64,000 nt of DNA from Chiloscyllium plagiosum (taxonomy: Eukaryota): contig NC_057718.1 in assembly GCF_004010195.1 (NCBI RefSeq), positions 45,424,717 to 45,488,716 of the forward strand, given 5' to 3'. Made by a program: the position numbers and the translations under genes. Below the pieces are notes generated by a model. That model was given only the letters and a program-made list of their open reading frames with translations. It was not told the origin of the DNA and did no database searches. Position 1 is the stretch's first letter; each line of letters starts with the position of its first letter. Shown one piece after another: positions 26,565 to 40,045 of this stretch.

Positions 26565-26964
26565 GTATGTACCTGGAGCTATAGTGGTTTGCTTTACAAA
26601 CTTCTTTGAGTTTATAGTAATTTAATAGTTATTTAAAAATCATTGTTATCCTCTTAGATACTTTGGAGTTGACCTCTGGCATTTATTCAGCAAGTTGTCT
26701 GTAAAGTTCCTTCTTTGTGAATCTTTTGTGATCATCTTATTCTAATTTCTAGCAAATGTCTTCTTAATACCCATGCTGCAATGTTTTTTTCACATTTTTC
26801 CTAAATGCATCAATTGAATGCCTGTTGAATTATGGTTTCCAGATATTGAACTGCCTTGTGAATTGTACTCTTCCAGATATCAACAGAAGCTATCACATCC
26901 ATTATTAATTTGAATTAAACAAATTTAAGCTTAATCTAAGGCATTTACAAACATCTTCAAATTT

Positions 26965-27180
26965 GGAGATGCCGGTGTTGGACTGGGGTGTACAAAGTTA
27001 AAAATCACACAACACCAGGTTATAGTCCAACAGGTTTAATTGGAAGCACTAGCTTTTGGAGCGCTACTGCTTCATCAGGTGATTATCAACCACCTGATGA
27101 AGGAGCAGTGCTCCGAAAGCTAATGCTTCCAGTTAGACCTGTTGGACTATAGCCTGGTGTTGTGTGATTTTTAACTTCAT
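26965..27180. mobile_element. Fold-back Penelope-type pLTR element with hammerhead cores on both strands
   Basis: Inverted arms ~26995-27085 and ~27087-27177; + core ctgatga-a-ggagc-agt-gctcc-gaaa-gc-ta at 27094-27122; TSD tcttcaaattt at 26954-26964 and 27181-27191. Confidence 0.85.
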
Positions 27181-27729
27181 TCTTCAAATTTCTCCTTCTT
27201 CTAAATCGAAGACAGCATCTCCTTCTGAATTCATTGAACTTAATCAAGGATAAAAGATTGCTTCAGGAAATCTGATTAATCTTTTCTGGCCTCATCACCC
27301 TCCCTCCAAGACCCAGTTGCAAATATAGCTATCCAGTTAGACTGTACAATTCAGAATCACCCATGCCCTCTTTATGACAGTATTTAAGAAATCTTATTCA
27401 CCTGTTATAGGATGTTATCAATATGACAGTAGAGGAGATAGTACTGGGAAATTTATATTGGTTAAACATAAATAAAGATATTTAACAGCTGACCAGGAGA
27501 AATGTCACCCATTCCAGGTGACAGTTGTTCTAAGTAGATGAAGGAAATGAGGATGGAAAGAGCAATGCTTATTAGCACATATGAAGCAATTCCTGCAAAT
27601 TTACAGCCTGTTCGATAATGAGGAGAGGAATGAACCTGACAACTAAAAGGCCACTCAGTTTGATGTTGGTTGTGAGAATAATGTTAAAATAATCAAGAAC
27701 AAAATTAATTATTGCTTGAAAAGATTTGA

Positions 27730-28400
27730 TTAATAAATGACAACCAAATTTAGCAAATCATATTTGTCTAACTTGATTGTTTTCTTTGAAGTATTAGAAA
27801 GGGTCCATTATGAAGTCCGAAGTAGGAATTCCATGATGGTTTCATATATTCAGGCAGATAGGCTGAATAAACTGCCATAAGGCATAGTCAGAAGGATGGC
27901 AACATAAAGCTTTTTATGTATCACTAGTTAGACCCCAGCTGGAGTATTGCATCCAGTTCTGCAATACTTCAGGAAGGATGTCAACAACTTGACAGAGGAG
28001 ATATTTAAATGGTATCAGTGATATATGGAATCCAGATAAATTGTTTCTCTTAAAGTGCAGAACATTAAGGAGACATTTAATGATAGTCTTCAAAATCTTG
28101 AAGGGTTTTGCTGAATGAAGTAAATGAAGAAAAACTGTTTCCAGTGTCAGAAGAACAAACTTAAAATATTTGATGAAAAAATTAGTAGCAAGATGAAGAA
28201 TGTTTTTTTGCACCATGCGATGTCATTATTTGGAATGCATTGCCCAAAAGGCTGGTGAAAGCTCATTCATAATGTACTTGACGGGGAAAGATCACAAGTC
28301 TGTGGGAGAAGAGGAGAGTATTGGGACTAATCAGATAGCTTTCCCTAAAACACAGGTGCAGTTGACTAAATAGCCTCACTCTGCAGTGTGCTGTGTGATG
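27730..28400 (+). mobile_element. Degenerate CR1 LINE fragment
   Basis: LVRPQLEYCIQF, LRRHL, IWNALP remnants. Confidence 0.75.
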
Positions 28401-29667
28401 ACTTTCCCAGTCTTAAGCAGAATGTCTGGTTTTCGGTTCCCCTTCCTGGCAACTAATCATTAGCCACTTTTGGTGTTTCACATCTTCATTAAATTATTTT
28501 TTTTTTGTTCTTTTGTTAATAGAACAATCTCCTGTACATATCTGGAATTCTACATAAAAGCTCTAAGTCTTTGTTGTTTCAGGTTGAACAGAGATATTTG
28601 AAAATCTTTGTTTCTTGTCAGGAGGTGCATTTCTGATTCTATACCTTTCAATGGTGAATGCCCTAATGCCTGATTTAGTTAAATTTTCTTGTGAGTGTAA
28701 ACAGAAGCCTCAACGCAGAAACAATGCAAATTGATGTGCAATCCAACTGCAGTCAACAAATGTAACTGTACTTTAAACATGCAGGAAACCCACCACTAGA
28801 GTTGGTGCTTCCTGCAGGTCATTTGTGTTAAACGTGTATGGTGAAAACAGCACATTAGTGGCAATAGGATACACGGGAGTTAAATAGTTCTTCATGTCTA
28901 AGTCAGTATATAGCTACTTGTTTTGCTATTTCAAATTCCATTTGTCTGCAATTTTTTAAATAAGTTCTCATTTTGCTTTTATTTTTGTCATTCACTGCTT
29001 TGTTTTAAGAAAGTTTTCTTGCAATAACTGTACAAAATTTTTGTTAGTGTGATAAAACCATGTCACAATTCTTTTCGAATGCATGTGAACATTCAAACCC
29101 ATTTATATTAATTAACTGTTTACTGCATATTGCTGAATATGCCAATTTGTTTTATAAATCAAGGGATTGTAAATCTATTAATTTTTTGATGAAAGTCTCT
29201 CTTAGGAGAGCAGCTGAACATTTATTGCACTGTACTGGCTAAAAGAATGGCTTGCCAATATTAGTGCTTTATTGTATTTGGACAGAACAAGTGGTTGTTT
29301 CACAGGAAGATATTTATTGAAGTCATAGACACAGCAGAAAGTGAAACATTAGCTGTATTTTAAGTTTGTTTCTTATTTGTAATGGCACAAAAAGAGGAAC
29401 AAGAAAAGGTTGTTGAATCTATTAACTTAACAATATTATCCATTTTTGTTTTCAGTACACAATGTTTTTACATATTTTCCTTCAAACCCATTCTTGCTTC
29501 CTGTTGGTCCACTTACAGTTCCCTTTACAGTAATTCAAATAAGTGAGTGGGAGGCAGCACGACAGGGTGTTACTTTCACAATGGCATGCAAAATAAAAAT
29601 AACACATTTACAACGAGAGAGGAATGAATGCCTGTAACACTCAATCTCTTGGGATACTGGGGCCATT

Positions 29668-31210
29668 TAGAATCATAGAGATGTACAGCACAGAATTAGA
29701 CCCTTCGATTCAACTCGTCCATGCTGACCAGCTATCCCAACCCAATCTAGTCCCACCTGCTAGCACCCAGCTCATATCCCTTCAAACCCTTCCTATTCAT
29801 ATACCCATCCAGATGCCTTTTAAATGTTGCAATTGTACTAGCCTCCACCACTTCCTCTGGCAGCCCATTCCACACACGCACCATCCTCTGCGTGAGAAAG
29901 TTGCCCCGTAAGTCTCTTTTATACCTTTCCCCTCTCACCCTAAACCTATGCCCTCTAGTTCTGGACTCCCCCCATCCCAGGGAAAATACCTTGTCTATTC
30001 TATTTACCTTATCCATTCCCCTCATGATTTTTATAAACCTCTATAAGATCACCCCTCAGCCTCCAACCCTCCAGGGAAAACAGCCCTAGCCTTTTCAGCC
30101 TCTCCCTATAGCTCAAATCCTCCAACTGTCAACATCCTTGTAAGTCTTTTCTGAACCTTTTCAAGTTTGACAACATCTTTCCGATAGGAAGGAGACTAGA
30201 ATTGCAAGCAATATTCCAAAAGTGGCCTAACCAATGTCCTGTACAGCCACAACATGACCTCCCAACTCCTGTACTCAATACTCTGACTAATAAAGGAAAG
30301 CAAACCAAACACCTTCTTCACTATCCTATCTACCTGCTACTCCACTTTCAAGGAGCTATGAACCTCCACTCCAAGATCCCTTTGTTCAAGAACACTCCCT
30401 AGGACCTTACCATTAAGTGTATAAGTCCCACTCAGGTTTGCTTTCCAAAAATGCAGCACCTCACATTTATCTAAATTAAACTCCATCTGCTACTTCTCAG
30501 CCCATTGGCCCAACTGATCAAGGTCCTGTTGTAATCTAAGGTAATCTTCTTCGCTGTCCACTACACCTCCAATTTTGGTGTCATCTGCAAGCTTACTAAC
30601 TATACCTCTTAAGCTCACATTCAAATCATTTATATAAATGACAAAAAGTAGTGGACCCAGCACAGGTCTTTACGGCACTCCAGTGGTCACAGGCCTCCAG
30701 TCTGAAAAACAACCCTCCTCCACCACCCTATGTCTTCTTTGAGCCAGTTCTGTATCCAAATGGCTAGTTCTCCCTGTATTCCATGAAATCTAACCTTGCT
30801 AACCAATCTACCATGAGGAACCTTGTCGAACGCCTTACTGAAGCCCATATAGGTCACATCTACTGCTTTGCCCTCATCAATCCTCTTTGTTACTTCTTCA
30901 AAAAAACTCAATCAAGTTTGTGAGACATGATTTTCCACACACAAAGCCATGTTGACTATCCCTAATCAGTCCTTGCCTTTCCAAACACAACTACGTCCTG
31001 TTCCTCAGGATTCCCTCCAACAAGTTGAACACCACCGATGTCAGGCTCACTAGTCTATAGTTCCCTGGCTTGTCCTTACCACCTTTCTTAAACAGAGTCA
31101 CCACGTTAGCCAACCTCCAGTTTTCCGGTTCCTCACCTGTGACTATCAATGATAAAAATATCCCAGCAAGAGGCCCAGCAATCACTTTCCTAGCTTCCCA
31201 CAGAGTTCTA
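29668..31210 (-). mobile_element. 5'-truncated CR1 LINE
   Basis: Minus-strand ORFs with FKKGGKDKPGNYRLVSLTS, FSKAFDKVPHGRL, RGHRFRVRG...WNGLPEEVV; tail at the left end. Confidence 0.95.
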
Positions 31211-31229
31211 GGGTGGTTGGGACTAGTAC

Positions 31230-33325
31230 AAACTGAGTGGGTTGCACCTGGGCAGAACTAGAACTGATGTTTTGGGTGAGTATTTGCTAATGCGATCAGG
31301 GAGGATTTAAACTAAAATGGCGAGGAGATGGGAACCTATACAAGGAGTCAGAAGACAGGGAAACAAAAGCAAGAACAAAGACTGAATGGGGAAATAAGAA
31401 AAGTCAATTCAAGGGCAAGAATCAAATGGCTAACATGTGAAATGTGAATGACACTAAGAATATTAAAAGTATGAGCATTCAGGCCTTGTGCCTTAATGCA
31501 CAGAACATTTGCAATAAAGCAGATGAATTATTTACACAAATAGATATAAACAAGTATGATACAGGTGAGATTGCACACGCGGAATATCCAGGGTATTCAC
31601 TTTTAGGAAGGACAGATGAAAAGGAGGTGAGGTAGCATTGCTAGTTAAAGAGGGATTTAACACAATAGTGAGGAAGGAGCTTAGCTGCAGTGAAGTGGCA
31701 TCTGTAGATCAGCAGAGCTTAGATACACCAAGCGTTGGAAAAAATAATAAGGGTTATATATAGTCCATCAAATTGTAGTGGTAATGTTAGGAAACGCAGT
31801 AATCTGGGAATTAGACATGCAAGCAATAGGGGTATGGCTGTAATTATGGGCAACTTTCATCTGCACATCGACTGGGCATAGCAAACTAAATGGTAGGTAT
31901 TCTCAGAGTGTGTGCGTGATAGTTTTCTGGATCAATATGATGAGGAACCAACTGGAGAACAGCCATCTTAGATTGGTTATTGTGTAATCAGAAAGGAATA
32001 TTTGGCAGTCTAGCTATGCAAAACATTGCAAGGGTGAATTAATATGATAGAGGTTTTCCTTAAAATGGAGAGTGATTTAGTTCATTCTGAGACTATGGTT
32101 CTGAATCCTAATCAAGGAGTCTGATGATATGAGATGCGTGCTAGCTATGATAAATTTGAGAACATTACTTAAAGAGATGAGGGTAGTAGGCAATGACAAA
32201 TATTTATTTAAAGAGTGCACGGAGGAACTGCAACAGTTATTCATTTTACCACGTGACAGGCATTATCTTGTGGAGTACTACAGGGATCAGTGCTTCACAA
32301 CATATATTAATGATTTAGTTGAAGGAACTAAATGTAACATATACAAGTTTGCAGAAGACAGAGTTGGGTGAGAGGTTAAACTGAGGAGGATGCAGAGAGG
32401 CTTCAGTGTGAATCTTAAAAGAAATTGCTGGAAAATCTCAGCAGGTCTGGCAGAAGTACTGAGGCAGGGTTGCTGGACCCAAAGCATTAACTCTGATTTC
32501 TCTCCACAGAAACTGCTAGACCTGCTGAGATTTTGTTTTAGATTTCCAGCATCCACGGTTCTTTCAATTTTTTTTGTCTGAAACAGAGAGGTGCAATGAG
32601 ACCTGAATGTCCTTGTACACCCACCACTGAAAGCAAGCATGCAGGTGCAGCACACAGTGAAGATGACAAATGGTATGTTAGCCTTCGTAGCAAGAGGATT
32701 CGAATACACGGGCAGGGAAGTCTTGCTGCAGTTGTACATGCCTTGGTGAGATTCGAATACACGGGCAGGGAAGTCTTGCTGCAGTTGTACATGGCCTTGG
32801 TGAGACCACACCTGTGCAGTTTTGGTCTCCATAGCTGAGAAAGGACATTCAGGTTATGGACAGATTGCATAGCAGACTGATTCCAGGGATCACAGAGTTG
32901 AAGAATGAAGAGAGACTTGATTGGTTAGGATCATTTTCACGCAGTTTAGAAGAACGAGGGGGGGTCGCATAGAAACCTATAAAGGTCTAGCAAGACAAGG
33001 TAAATGCAGGAAGCATCTTGTAAATGACTAGGGAGTCCTGAATAAGGGCTCATAATTTAAGCATAGAGGGTCGGCTATGTAGCACTGAGATGAGGAAAAA
33101 TATCTTCATCTAAAGAGTGGTGAGCTGTAGAATTCTTTGCCACAGAAAGCGGTTGTGGCCAGAACATTTGAACTTGTTCAAAAGGAGTAAGATACAGTTC
33201 TTTAAGTTAAAGGGATGAAAGGATTTGAGAGAAAGCAGGAACAGGGGTCTGGATTATTATCCACAATTATATTGAAAAGCAGAGCAGGCTCAAACGGTCT
33301 ATTTTCTGTGCCTATGTCTTTCGTG
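31230..33325 (+). mobile_element. Old CR1 LINE (end of ORF1, EN, deleted RT, 3' end)
   Basis: GLHLG (ORF1 end), LCLNAQNICNK and IMGNFH (APE endonuclease), YKFAED, LYMALVRPHL. Confidence 0.85.
32410..32580. mobile_element. Partial fold-back PLE-type short element nested in a CR1
   Basis: aaaatctcagcaggtctggcag is inverted against ctgctagacctgctgagatttt; decayed core ctgaggcagggttgctggacccaaagc. Confidence 0.7.
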
Positions 33326-33662
33326 AACATTAGATGAATGCCAGGTAGCCATATAAACCTATTTATTAAACACTGAGTACTGCACAGTTAGCTGGATGTT
33401 CCATTCAGCATTATTTTCACCAATTTATATTAAACAATGGTGGCATTAAAATCGCAGCAATTTGAAACTGTAGGCTGTTGTATCAAAGCAAAGCCTGCTA
33501 TATTTCTATGGAGGTCTAGCAGCATCATTTACCCTTCCCAATATGGAGCTTGCAGAATAACTCTGATCTGGCAATGCTGCATTACTTTTAGCAACATACC
33601 AGACAAAACATAAAACATCTTGAGAAGAGCTGATGACTTGTAAAATATGATATAGAATAATA

Positions 33663-34695
33663 AACCCCACTCTATGCAACTGGATCCTCAGTTTCCTGAC
33701 CCACAGGCCACAATCAGTGAAGATTGGGGACAATAGTTCATCCTCATAAACACTCAATGCTGGAGCCTCTCAGGGGTGAATACTCAGCCCTCTCCTGTAC
33801 TTGCTGTATACCCATGACTGCGTCGCCAAACACCAGACTAATGCCATTTACAGGTTCGCTGCTGACACCACTATAGTCGGTTGAATCTCAGATGGCGATG
33901 AGACAGACTACAGAGGGGATGTGGAAGACCTGGAAAAATGGTGCACTGAGAACAAACTAGCTGTCAATGCTGACTAAGCCAAGGAACTCATTATTGACTT
34001 TCAGTGGGATGTTACTCATTCCCCCCTACACATTAACAGCACAGAGGTGGAATGAATGGAGAGTGTCAAGCTCCTGGGAGTGGTCATCCACAACAAGTTT
34101 TCTTGGAATGTTCATGTGGATGCACTGGTTACAAAGGCCCACAATGTCTCTTCTTCCTCAGGCAGCTGAGGAAATTTGGCATGACAGCGAATACTCTTGT
34201 CAACTTTTAAAGGTGTGCCATCGAGAGCATTCTGTCTGGGTGTATCATTACCTGGTATGCCAACTGTACCATTCAAGATCGGAGACATTTACAGAGAGTG
34301 GTGAACTCGGCCCGGACACTCACAAAGGCCAACCTCCCATCTATAGAATCCATCTACCAGACCCGCTGTCAACGAAAGACTGCCACCATTTTCAAAGATC
34401 CATCCCACCCTGGCAATGCTTTTCAACAGCCTCTACCATCAAGGAGAAGGTACAGAATCATGAACACACACTCCAACCAGTATCAAAACAGTTTCTACCC
34501 TACTGTAGTTAGAATACTGAATGGACTCACAAACTTAACATTCGCCTGTACCTGTGTTTTTGTATTTGCCGCTGTTTACCTATTATTTACTTATCTATGC
34601 TACTTAACTCTGTGGTCTGCCTGTATTGCTCACAAGACAAAGCTTTTCACTGTGCCTCGGTACACATGACAATAAATTCAATTCAATTCAATTCA
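33663..34695 (+). mobile_element. Rex1/Babar-clade LINE, 5'-truncated
   Basis: [68 protein letters not shown]; (aattc)n tail after aataaa. Confidence 0.85.
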
Positions 34696-34984
34696 CTTCA
34701 ATATAAAATACTTAGCTACAAAGAGATTGCAATGGAACATGAACGTACCATGACTGATGTTGTAACTGTTAAAAATTAAAATGGTTGCTTTTCATTTCTC
34801 CTTCTCGTGTATGATAAGTACAAAATTTAAAATTTACTCCTTGTCAGTTTGATAACTGGCTAGATTGCAAAAGACGATTTTATTTCTTAGTGTAGGGGAG
34901 TCCAAAACTCTTCTACCATCTCCAATTAAAAGTTTTTAAATTTTCTTTTTTATGACAAAATATTTTAGAAAAACAGCTAGAAAA

Positions 34985-35082
34985 TAAAAAAAACAGAAAA
35001 TGCCGGAGAAGCTCAGCAGATCTGGCATATTTGTGGAGAGGGAAATAATTAACATTTTGAGTGCAATGACTCTTTTCTGAAA
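34985..35082 (-). mobile_element. PLE-type short element (same family as 48585)
   Basis: aaacagaaaatgccggagaagctcagcagatctggca..tttgtggagag...ttaacatttt, reverse complement of the family body. Confidence 0.6.
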
Positions 35083-35584
35083 AATAACAGGTTGCATAGC
35101 TAATAATTCAATTTTCAGAACAATATCTGATTCAAGAGAGTGTCATCATTGTTTAAAAATATTCTTTAAGAATATATTTGGTTTCATTATATCACTGGCA
35201 GTTTTTGATAAAAATTTGACTGTACCTCTTCCACATGACAATGACTACTTGATAGTTCAAGTTTTTATTTTAAGTTTAGATTATGCTGCTTGTTGCGTTG
35301 GGCAGGTATTCTGATTATATTCTAATAATATTTTGCTTTGATTGAATAATTATTTGCTAATGTTTAAAAAAAAATGTTGTTTTGACTTCCACATGGAGTG
35401 ACGAAAGTTTGAGTTTAATATTGGGTGTCTGCAGACTTTAAATGTTAAAGTAAAAATGTTCCTTGTGTGGTTTTCATTACCTCATGCAATGCTTACCAAA
35501 TTAAGTATAAAACTAATACTTGAATACTAATTAAATAAAGAGCCTAAGGATCTATTGATGCTGCATCCCTCTTGAACACATCTG

Positions 35585-35707
35585 ACAAAGGGATTCAGGG
35601 AGAGTGCGGGTAAGTGGCAATGAAATGCCTATCAGCCATGATTGAATGGCGGAGTGGACTCGATGTGGCCGATTGGCCTTACTTCCACTCCCATGTCTTA
35701 TGGTCTT
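35585..35707 (+). mobile_element. CR1 3' tail fragment
   Basis: Reverse complement of 19733-19850; ends atgtcttatggtctta. Confidence 0.8.
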
Positions 35708-35877
35708 AAAAATGTCTACTGCCATTTATGGGAACCTTGGATCAATTAAATTTACCCACAAAGGTTAATGTGATTTTTCCTATAAATATGTATGTATATG
35801 TGCAGGTGAAATAATGTGAATTATATTATGGGGTGATTTAAGGAGTTTAAGAATGCGAGCCTGTGTTATACAAGACA

Positions 35878-36110
35878 CAAAGCAGCATACTAGTCTGAAA
35901 ATATCCAATATCTTCTGATCTCAAAAGCTAAGCAGACTCAGACCTGGTTAGAACGTTGTTGGGAGATGGCCTGCGAGTACCAGGTGCAGTCAGCTTTAGG
36001 GCTCTTGTGACACAGTGGTGTTGTCCCACCTCTGAGCAAGAAGGTCTGGCTTCAAGTCCCACCTGCTCTAGAGGTTCATAATGACATCCTGGAACAGGTT
36101 GGTTTTTTTA
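35878..36110 (+). mobile_element. 5S rRNA-tRNA chimeric SINE (decayed 5S pseudogene head plus tRNA-like segment)
   Basis: 35878-35997 is colinear with 5S rRNA (catac...tctgatctc..aagctaagcag..tc.g.cctggttag...tgggaga..gcctg.ga.tacc.ggtgc.gt..gcttt). It is directly followed by A-box-like tgacacagtgg, B-box-like gcttcaagtcc and a T7 run at 36103-36109. Confidence 0.75.
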
Positions 36111-36873
36111 AAAAGGGACTGAAATTTCATTTTGGGGCTGATGGGTGAGCTGCCGAAATTGGTTCATGCAAGAGCTAATGCTTGTTGCTTACACTTAGTC
36201 ATTATCCGAACCCATTTTACTGAGTCAGATCTCAATGTAGATCGCTCAGGTCTGATTCAGAGCAGATTCTTTGCAGGTTTGCTGCCCATCAGTGGAGAAT
36301 TTGCCATTGACGACAAGGAAAATCAGTTGCATTGTGTAAAAAAAGGAAAGTAAAAGGGACGAGAGGTGCAAAAAGGATTTTATTTAAAATTCTAACCTAG
36401 TTCTGAATAAACTGCTGAGTGTGTTAGTGCAGTTGAAGATAAAAATGAGAGGGAGGCATGGCTACTTTGACGTCAAATCTTTCTGGCATGCTCGCTAACA
36501 AGATTCCCACAGCCCCTTGCATTTCAACTTGCCTTAAATGTATGTGGCATCACTGATACACGAGTGGGAAGGCATGGAAATAGTAGATTCCCAACTAATT
36601 ACAAGATGTACACATAATTTGCAAGTTGATTGGGCCAAAAACCCTGCTGAGAGTGGGGAGAAGTTTGTTGTAGGCTGTAAATTCTCCTGGGCTGTCAGTG
36701 TAGTGGTGAGAGATGTTATGTTAAGAGTGTGCAATACCACTCTGTCTTGCTGCATTGTGGTGAGGTATGCACCAAAATTATATGGTGGAAATTACTAACT
36801 TGTTCATCATGTTGGTACGAAATCCATTATTTTAGATATTATATAGTATTATTTTTCTTTTACTTTTCCTTAG

Positions 36874-36956
36874 GATGATATGGAAATGGCTAAATACATC
36901 TCACGGTTGTTCACAGCAAGACACAAATTTTATAAACAGAATAAAATCTGCACAGA
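36874..36956 (+). CDS. PTPN14: PTPN14 coding exon (end of FERM; exon 10 equivalent, 83 bp)
   Basis: ccttag|GAT...ACAGA|gtgagt; DDMEMAKYISRLFTARHKFYKQNKICT(E). Confidence 0.97.
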
Positions 36957-37839
36957 GTGAGTATTCTGATCATTACACTTATTTTTAGAACATTATTTAT
37001 TTAAGAGTGGAGTTGCTTTCAATTATATTATTCTCTTTCAAAAGTGACAGTCAAAGGTTGGCAAAATTTGAGATTGCTAAGATTTGTTTTTCCCAATTCG
37101 TCCTTGTCAAAGATATTTCAATATTGCACTTTTAATATACTTTGTCTCAACTACAGTTATGCTTTTCTGTTTTCCTTCAAGGTTTCACTGCTCATGCAAA
37201 TTTTAGAAATTCTACATTGAGATTTTAAATCCATAACTAAATACTAGCTGTTTTCTTAGGTGAAGTAGCCTATAAGGAAGATATCTTTCACGTCTATTGA
37301 CATTATTGATTAAGTAGAGTTAATTGGAGAGGTATGAGAAGAAGTTTTTTCAGTTATTTCAAACCACAGACAAAATGTAAAGTAATGCATCAAAATCTGA
37401 AGGAGCATGGTGTGAACACTTTAAATTTCAGGATTTTCAATCTTTGGATGTATACCTATCAGTTTAGGGGAACTAAACTTTACGTATGAAAGGTAACCCA
37501 GCCTTTGGACATTAAAAATTTGGGGCAACTTTAAGTAATGTCAGTTAACATGATTATCTCTATTTATTTAATAAGGTCAGCAAAAATAGGATCTGTTTGA
37601 ACTCAGCAATGACTTAGCTTTGAAACTAACAGTTAATATAAATATTTATCAGATATCCCAGATGTTTTCTGTTACCATAGAGATAAGGGGGTTAGTATGG
37701 AACTGGCTTGCATCTTCTGAAAGTTATTATTTAAAAAGGGATTAACTTACTGGGTACTAATGGAAGGAAGGTCCAAGAAATCTTAAATATTAGCTGTGAT
37801 AAACATTGAAACTGGTCCCAAGAAATAATTACACAATGT

Positions 37840-38560
37840 TAAGCACCTTTTGCAACTCCTCAAATCCTGAAGCAGTCCCTGCCCAAATGCAGTCAGACCT
37901 GGCCAGTATCCAGGTTTGGGCTGACAAGTGGCAGGTAGCATTCACTGTGTATAAGTGCCAAGCATTGACCCTTTCCAATATGAAAACCCTTTGACGTTCA
38001 ATGGGATCGCTGATCCCCCACTGTCAACAGCCTGTTGTTATGTCTTGACTCCTGTCCACTTCCTGACTCCCCAAAACCTGTTAACTATCTACAAGGCCCA
38101 AGTCAAGGATGTGATTGTATTGTCGCCACATAACTAGATAAGTGCAGCTCCAATGACACTTAAAGAAGCTCCACACCATCCAGGACAAAGCCGTCTGTTT
38201 GGTTGGCATCATATCCACTTCCTTCATCAGCGATACTTAGTATTAGCAATGTACTCCATCTACAAGATGCTGTGCAGAAACTCACCAATGCTCCTCAGAT
38301 AGAACCCTACAAAACCACTACCATCCATAACAAGGGCAACAAATACTTGGAAACACCTGCACTTGCAAATCTCAACCATCCTAATTTGGAAATGTATCAC
38401 CATTCCTTCAGTGTCGCTGGCTCAGAATCCTGGAACTCCCTTCCACAGAGCATTGTGGGTCTACCTACAGGAAGTGAACTGTAGTGGCTCCAAAACAAAC
38501 TCACTACCCTCTTCTGAAGGGCAGTTAAAGGATATGCAATAAGTACAGGCCCAGACAGTG
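37840..38560 (+). mobile_element. CR1/L2-group LINE 3' fragment (family of 14715)
   Basis: MQSDLASIQVWADKWQVAF, LTIYKAQV; decayed tail. Confidence 0.8.
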
Positions 38561-39877
38561 ATACTGTCATGTCAAGATTGAAAAATATGAAAGTGCTGAG
38601 AGTAGATCAAAGGGGGGGTCTGATATTATGGTCACAAGGGTGTAAAGCAGAGCAGAAAGACTGATAGGGCAGTCTGAAGGTCATAATCTGGAGGAGGATG
38701 GTCTGAACGTACAGGTTGAGGGACGTATGTTGGCACTTCTAAGTCCAGGATCAGCAGCCAGTGAAAGCACTTGAGTCAGGCCAGTGGAGATCACATGTCC
38801 CTCTATCACTGAACACAGGTGGAAGGATCGATGCTGAGGGATATGTCTGCAGGAACCAGTGACCTCATCAGAAGGTTGGAGGAGCAAAATATCCAGTCCA
38901 AACCATGTCATTGAATGGCCCTGCATTTCACCTTTCTTCCCCAGCCGCTAGGGAATCTTAACTTTTGGGTCCACTGACAGGAGCCTGTCCCCTGGAATAA
39001 ATTCTCCCCTTGTTTTTAGTATTAGAGAAATTCTTCCTTCATTGTCACCAGGTTGGGTTTGTGCATTATGATTGAGCTTATAGTGATTTCCTGATGAAGT
39101 TTGTATTGCAAACTGTTCATATAACTTACAAATGAAATGTGGAATGCACTTTGGTACAAGTATTCAATGTGCCTTTTATTAAGATTGATAGAGAGTATAT
39201 TAATCAATTGATGAGGCTGTTGGCTGATCGTGACCAATCAGTCCAAACCCATTTTTATTACATCATATTATTGAACTTGTACTCTTACTTTAGGGAATCA
39301 ATTGTGTAATTATGACCATTGTTATTGTTAAAGCCAAGTAGTATCTTTAGTTAATAGGAAACTCTGAATCCATGTTTTTTAACTATAATTTCCTCAACTT
39401 TTATGCACCCAGCAATCACTATAGCTAAACCTAAACTAAACACTATACCAGGGTTTAAGAAAAGGAAATAAAAATTATAAAGTGTTCAGAGTAGGAATTC
39501 TTCAGGTGTGAAGAGCAAGGATAATGTGATTCAATTAATAACAAAGAAAATATAGGTTGAAATCCAAATTTAACTGATATGTTGCAGCTGCAGCATATTG
39601 GAGTTCCTGGACACAGAGGTGACCCATATCTGCTGCATATTTGCAGCTTGAGCAGCTTCCAATCAGAGTTGAGCTGGAGTCCAGATATTGCACCAAATCA
39701 AGGAGGGATACATTATCTGGATGCTTTGCTCCCCCTTGGATTTATATTGTATCTCACTCTGGTAGTGTGTTGGAAATAAAGCCCAGATATTCCTGGAGTA
39801 GTCACAGAAGTTAAACGATTTGGTAAAAGTATACAGGTCCTTAAGCTAAAGCAAAGACCTGTGGGTGCTGAAGAGTT

Positions 39878-40045
39878 GAAACAAAAACAAATCCTGGAGA
39901 AACTTAGCAGGTCTAGCAGTATCTGCAAAGAGAAAGCGGAGTTAAAATTTCGAGCCCAGTGTCCCTTCGTCAGAACTGGTCTCAACTTCCCCTCCACAGA
40001 TACTTCCAGATCTGCTGAGTTTCTCCAGCAATCCTTTTTTTGTTA
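39878..40045. mobile_element. Fold-back PLE-type short element with a minus-strand hammerhead-like core
   Basis: ctggagaaacttagcaggtct is inverted against agatctgctgagtttctccag; minus strand reads ctgacga-a-gggacactgggctc-gaaa-ttt. Confidence 0.75.

Noticed and set aside
35878..35997. Functional 5S rRNA gene
   Set aside because: Too many substitutions and CpG decay; solitary and fused to a tRNA-like unit.
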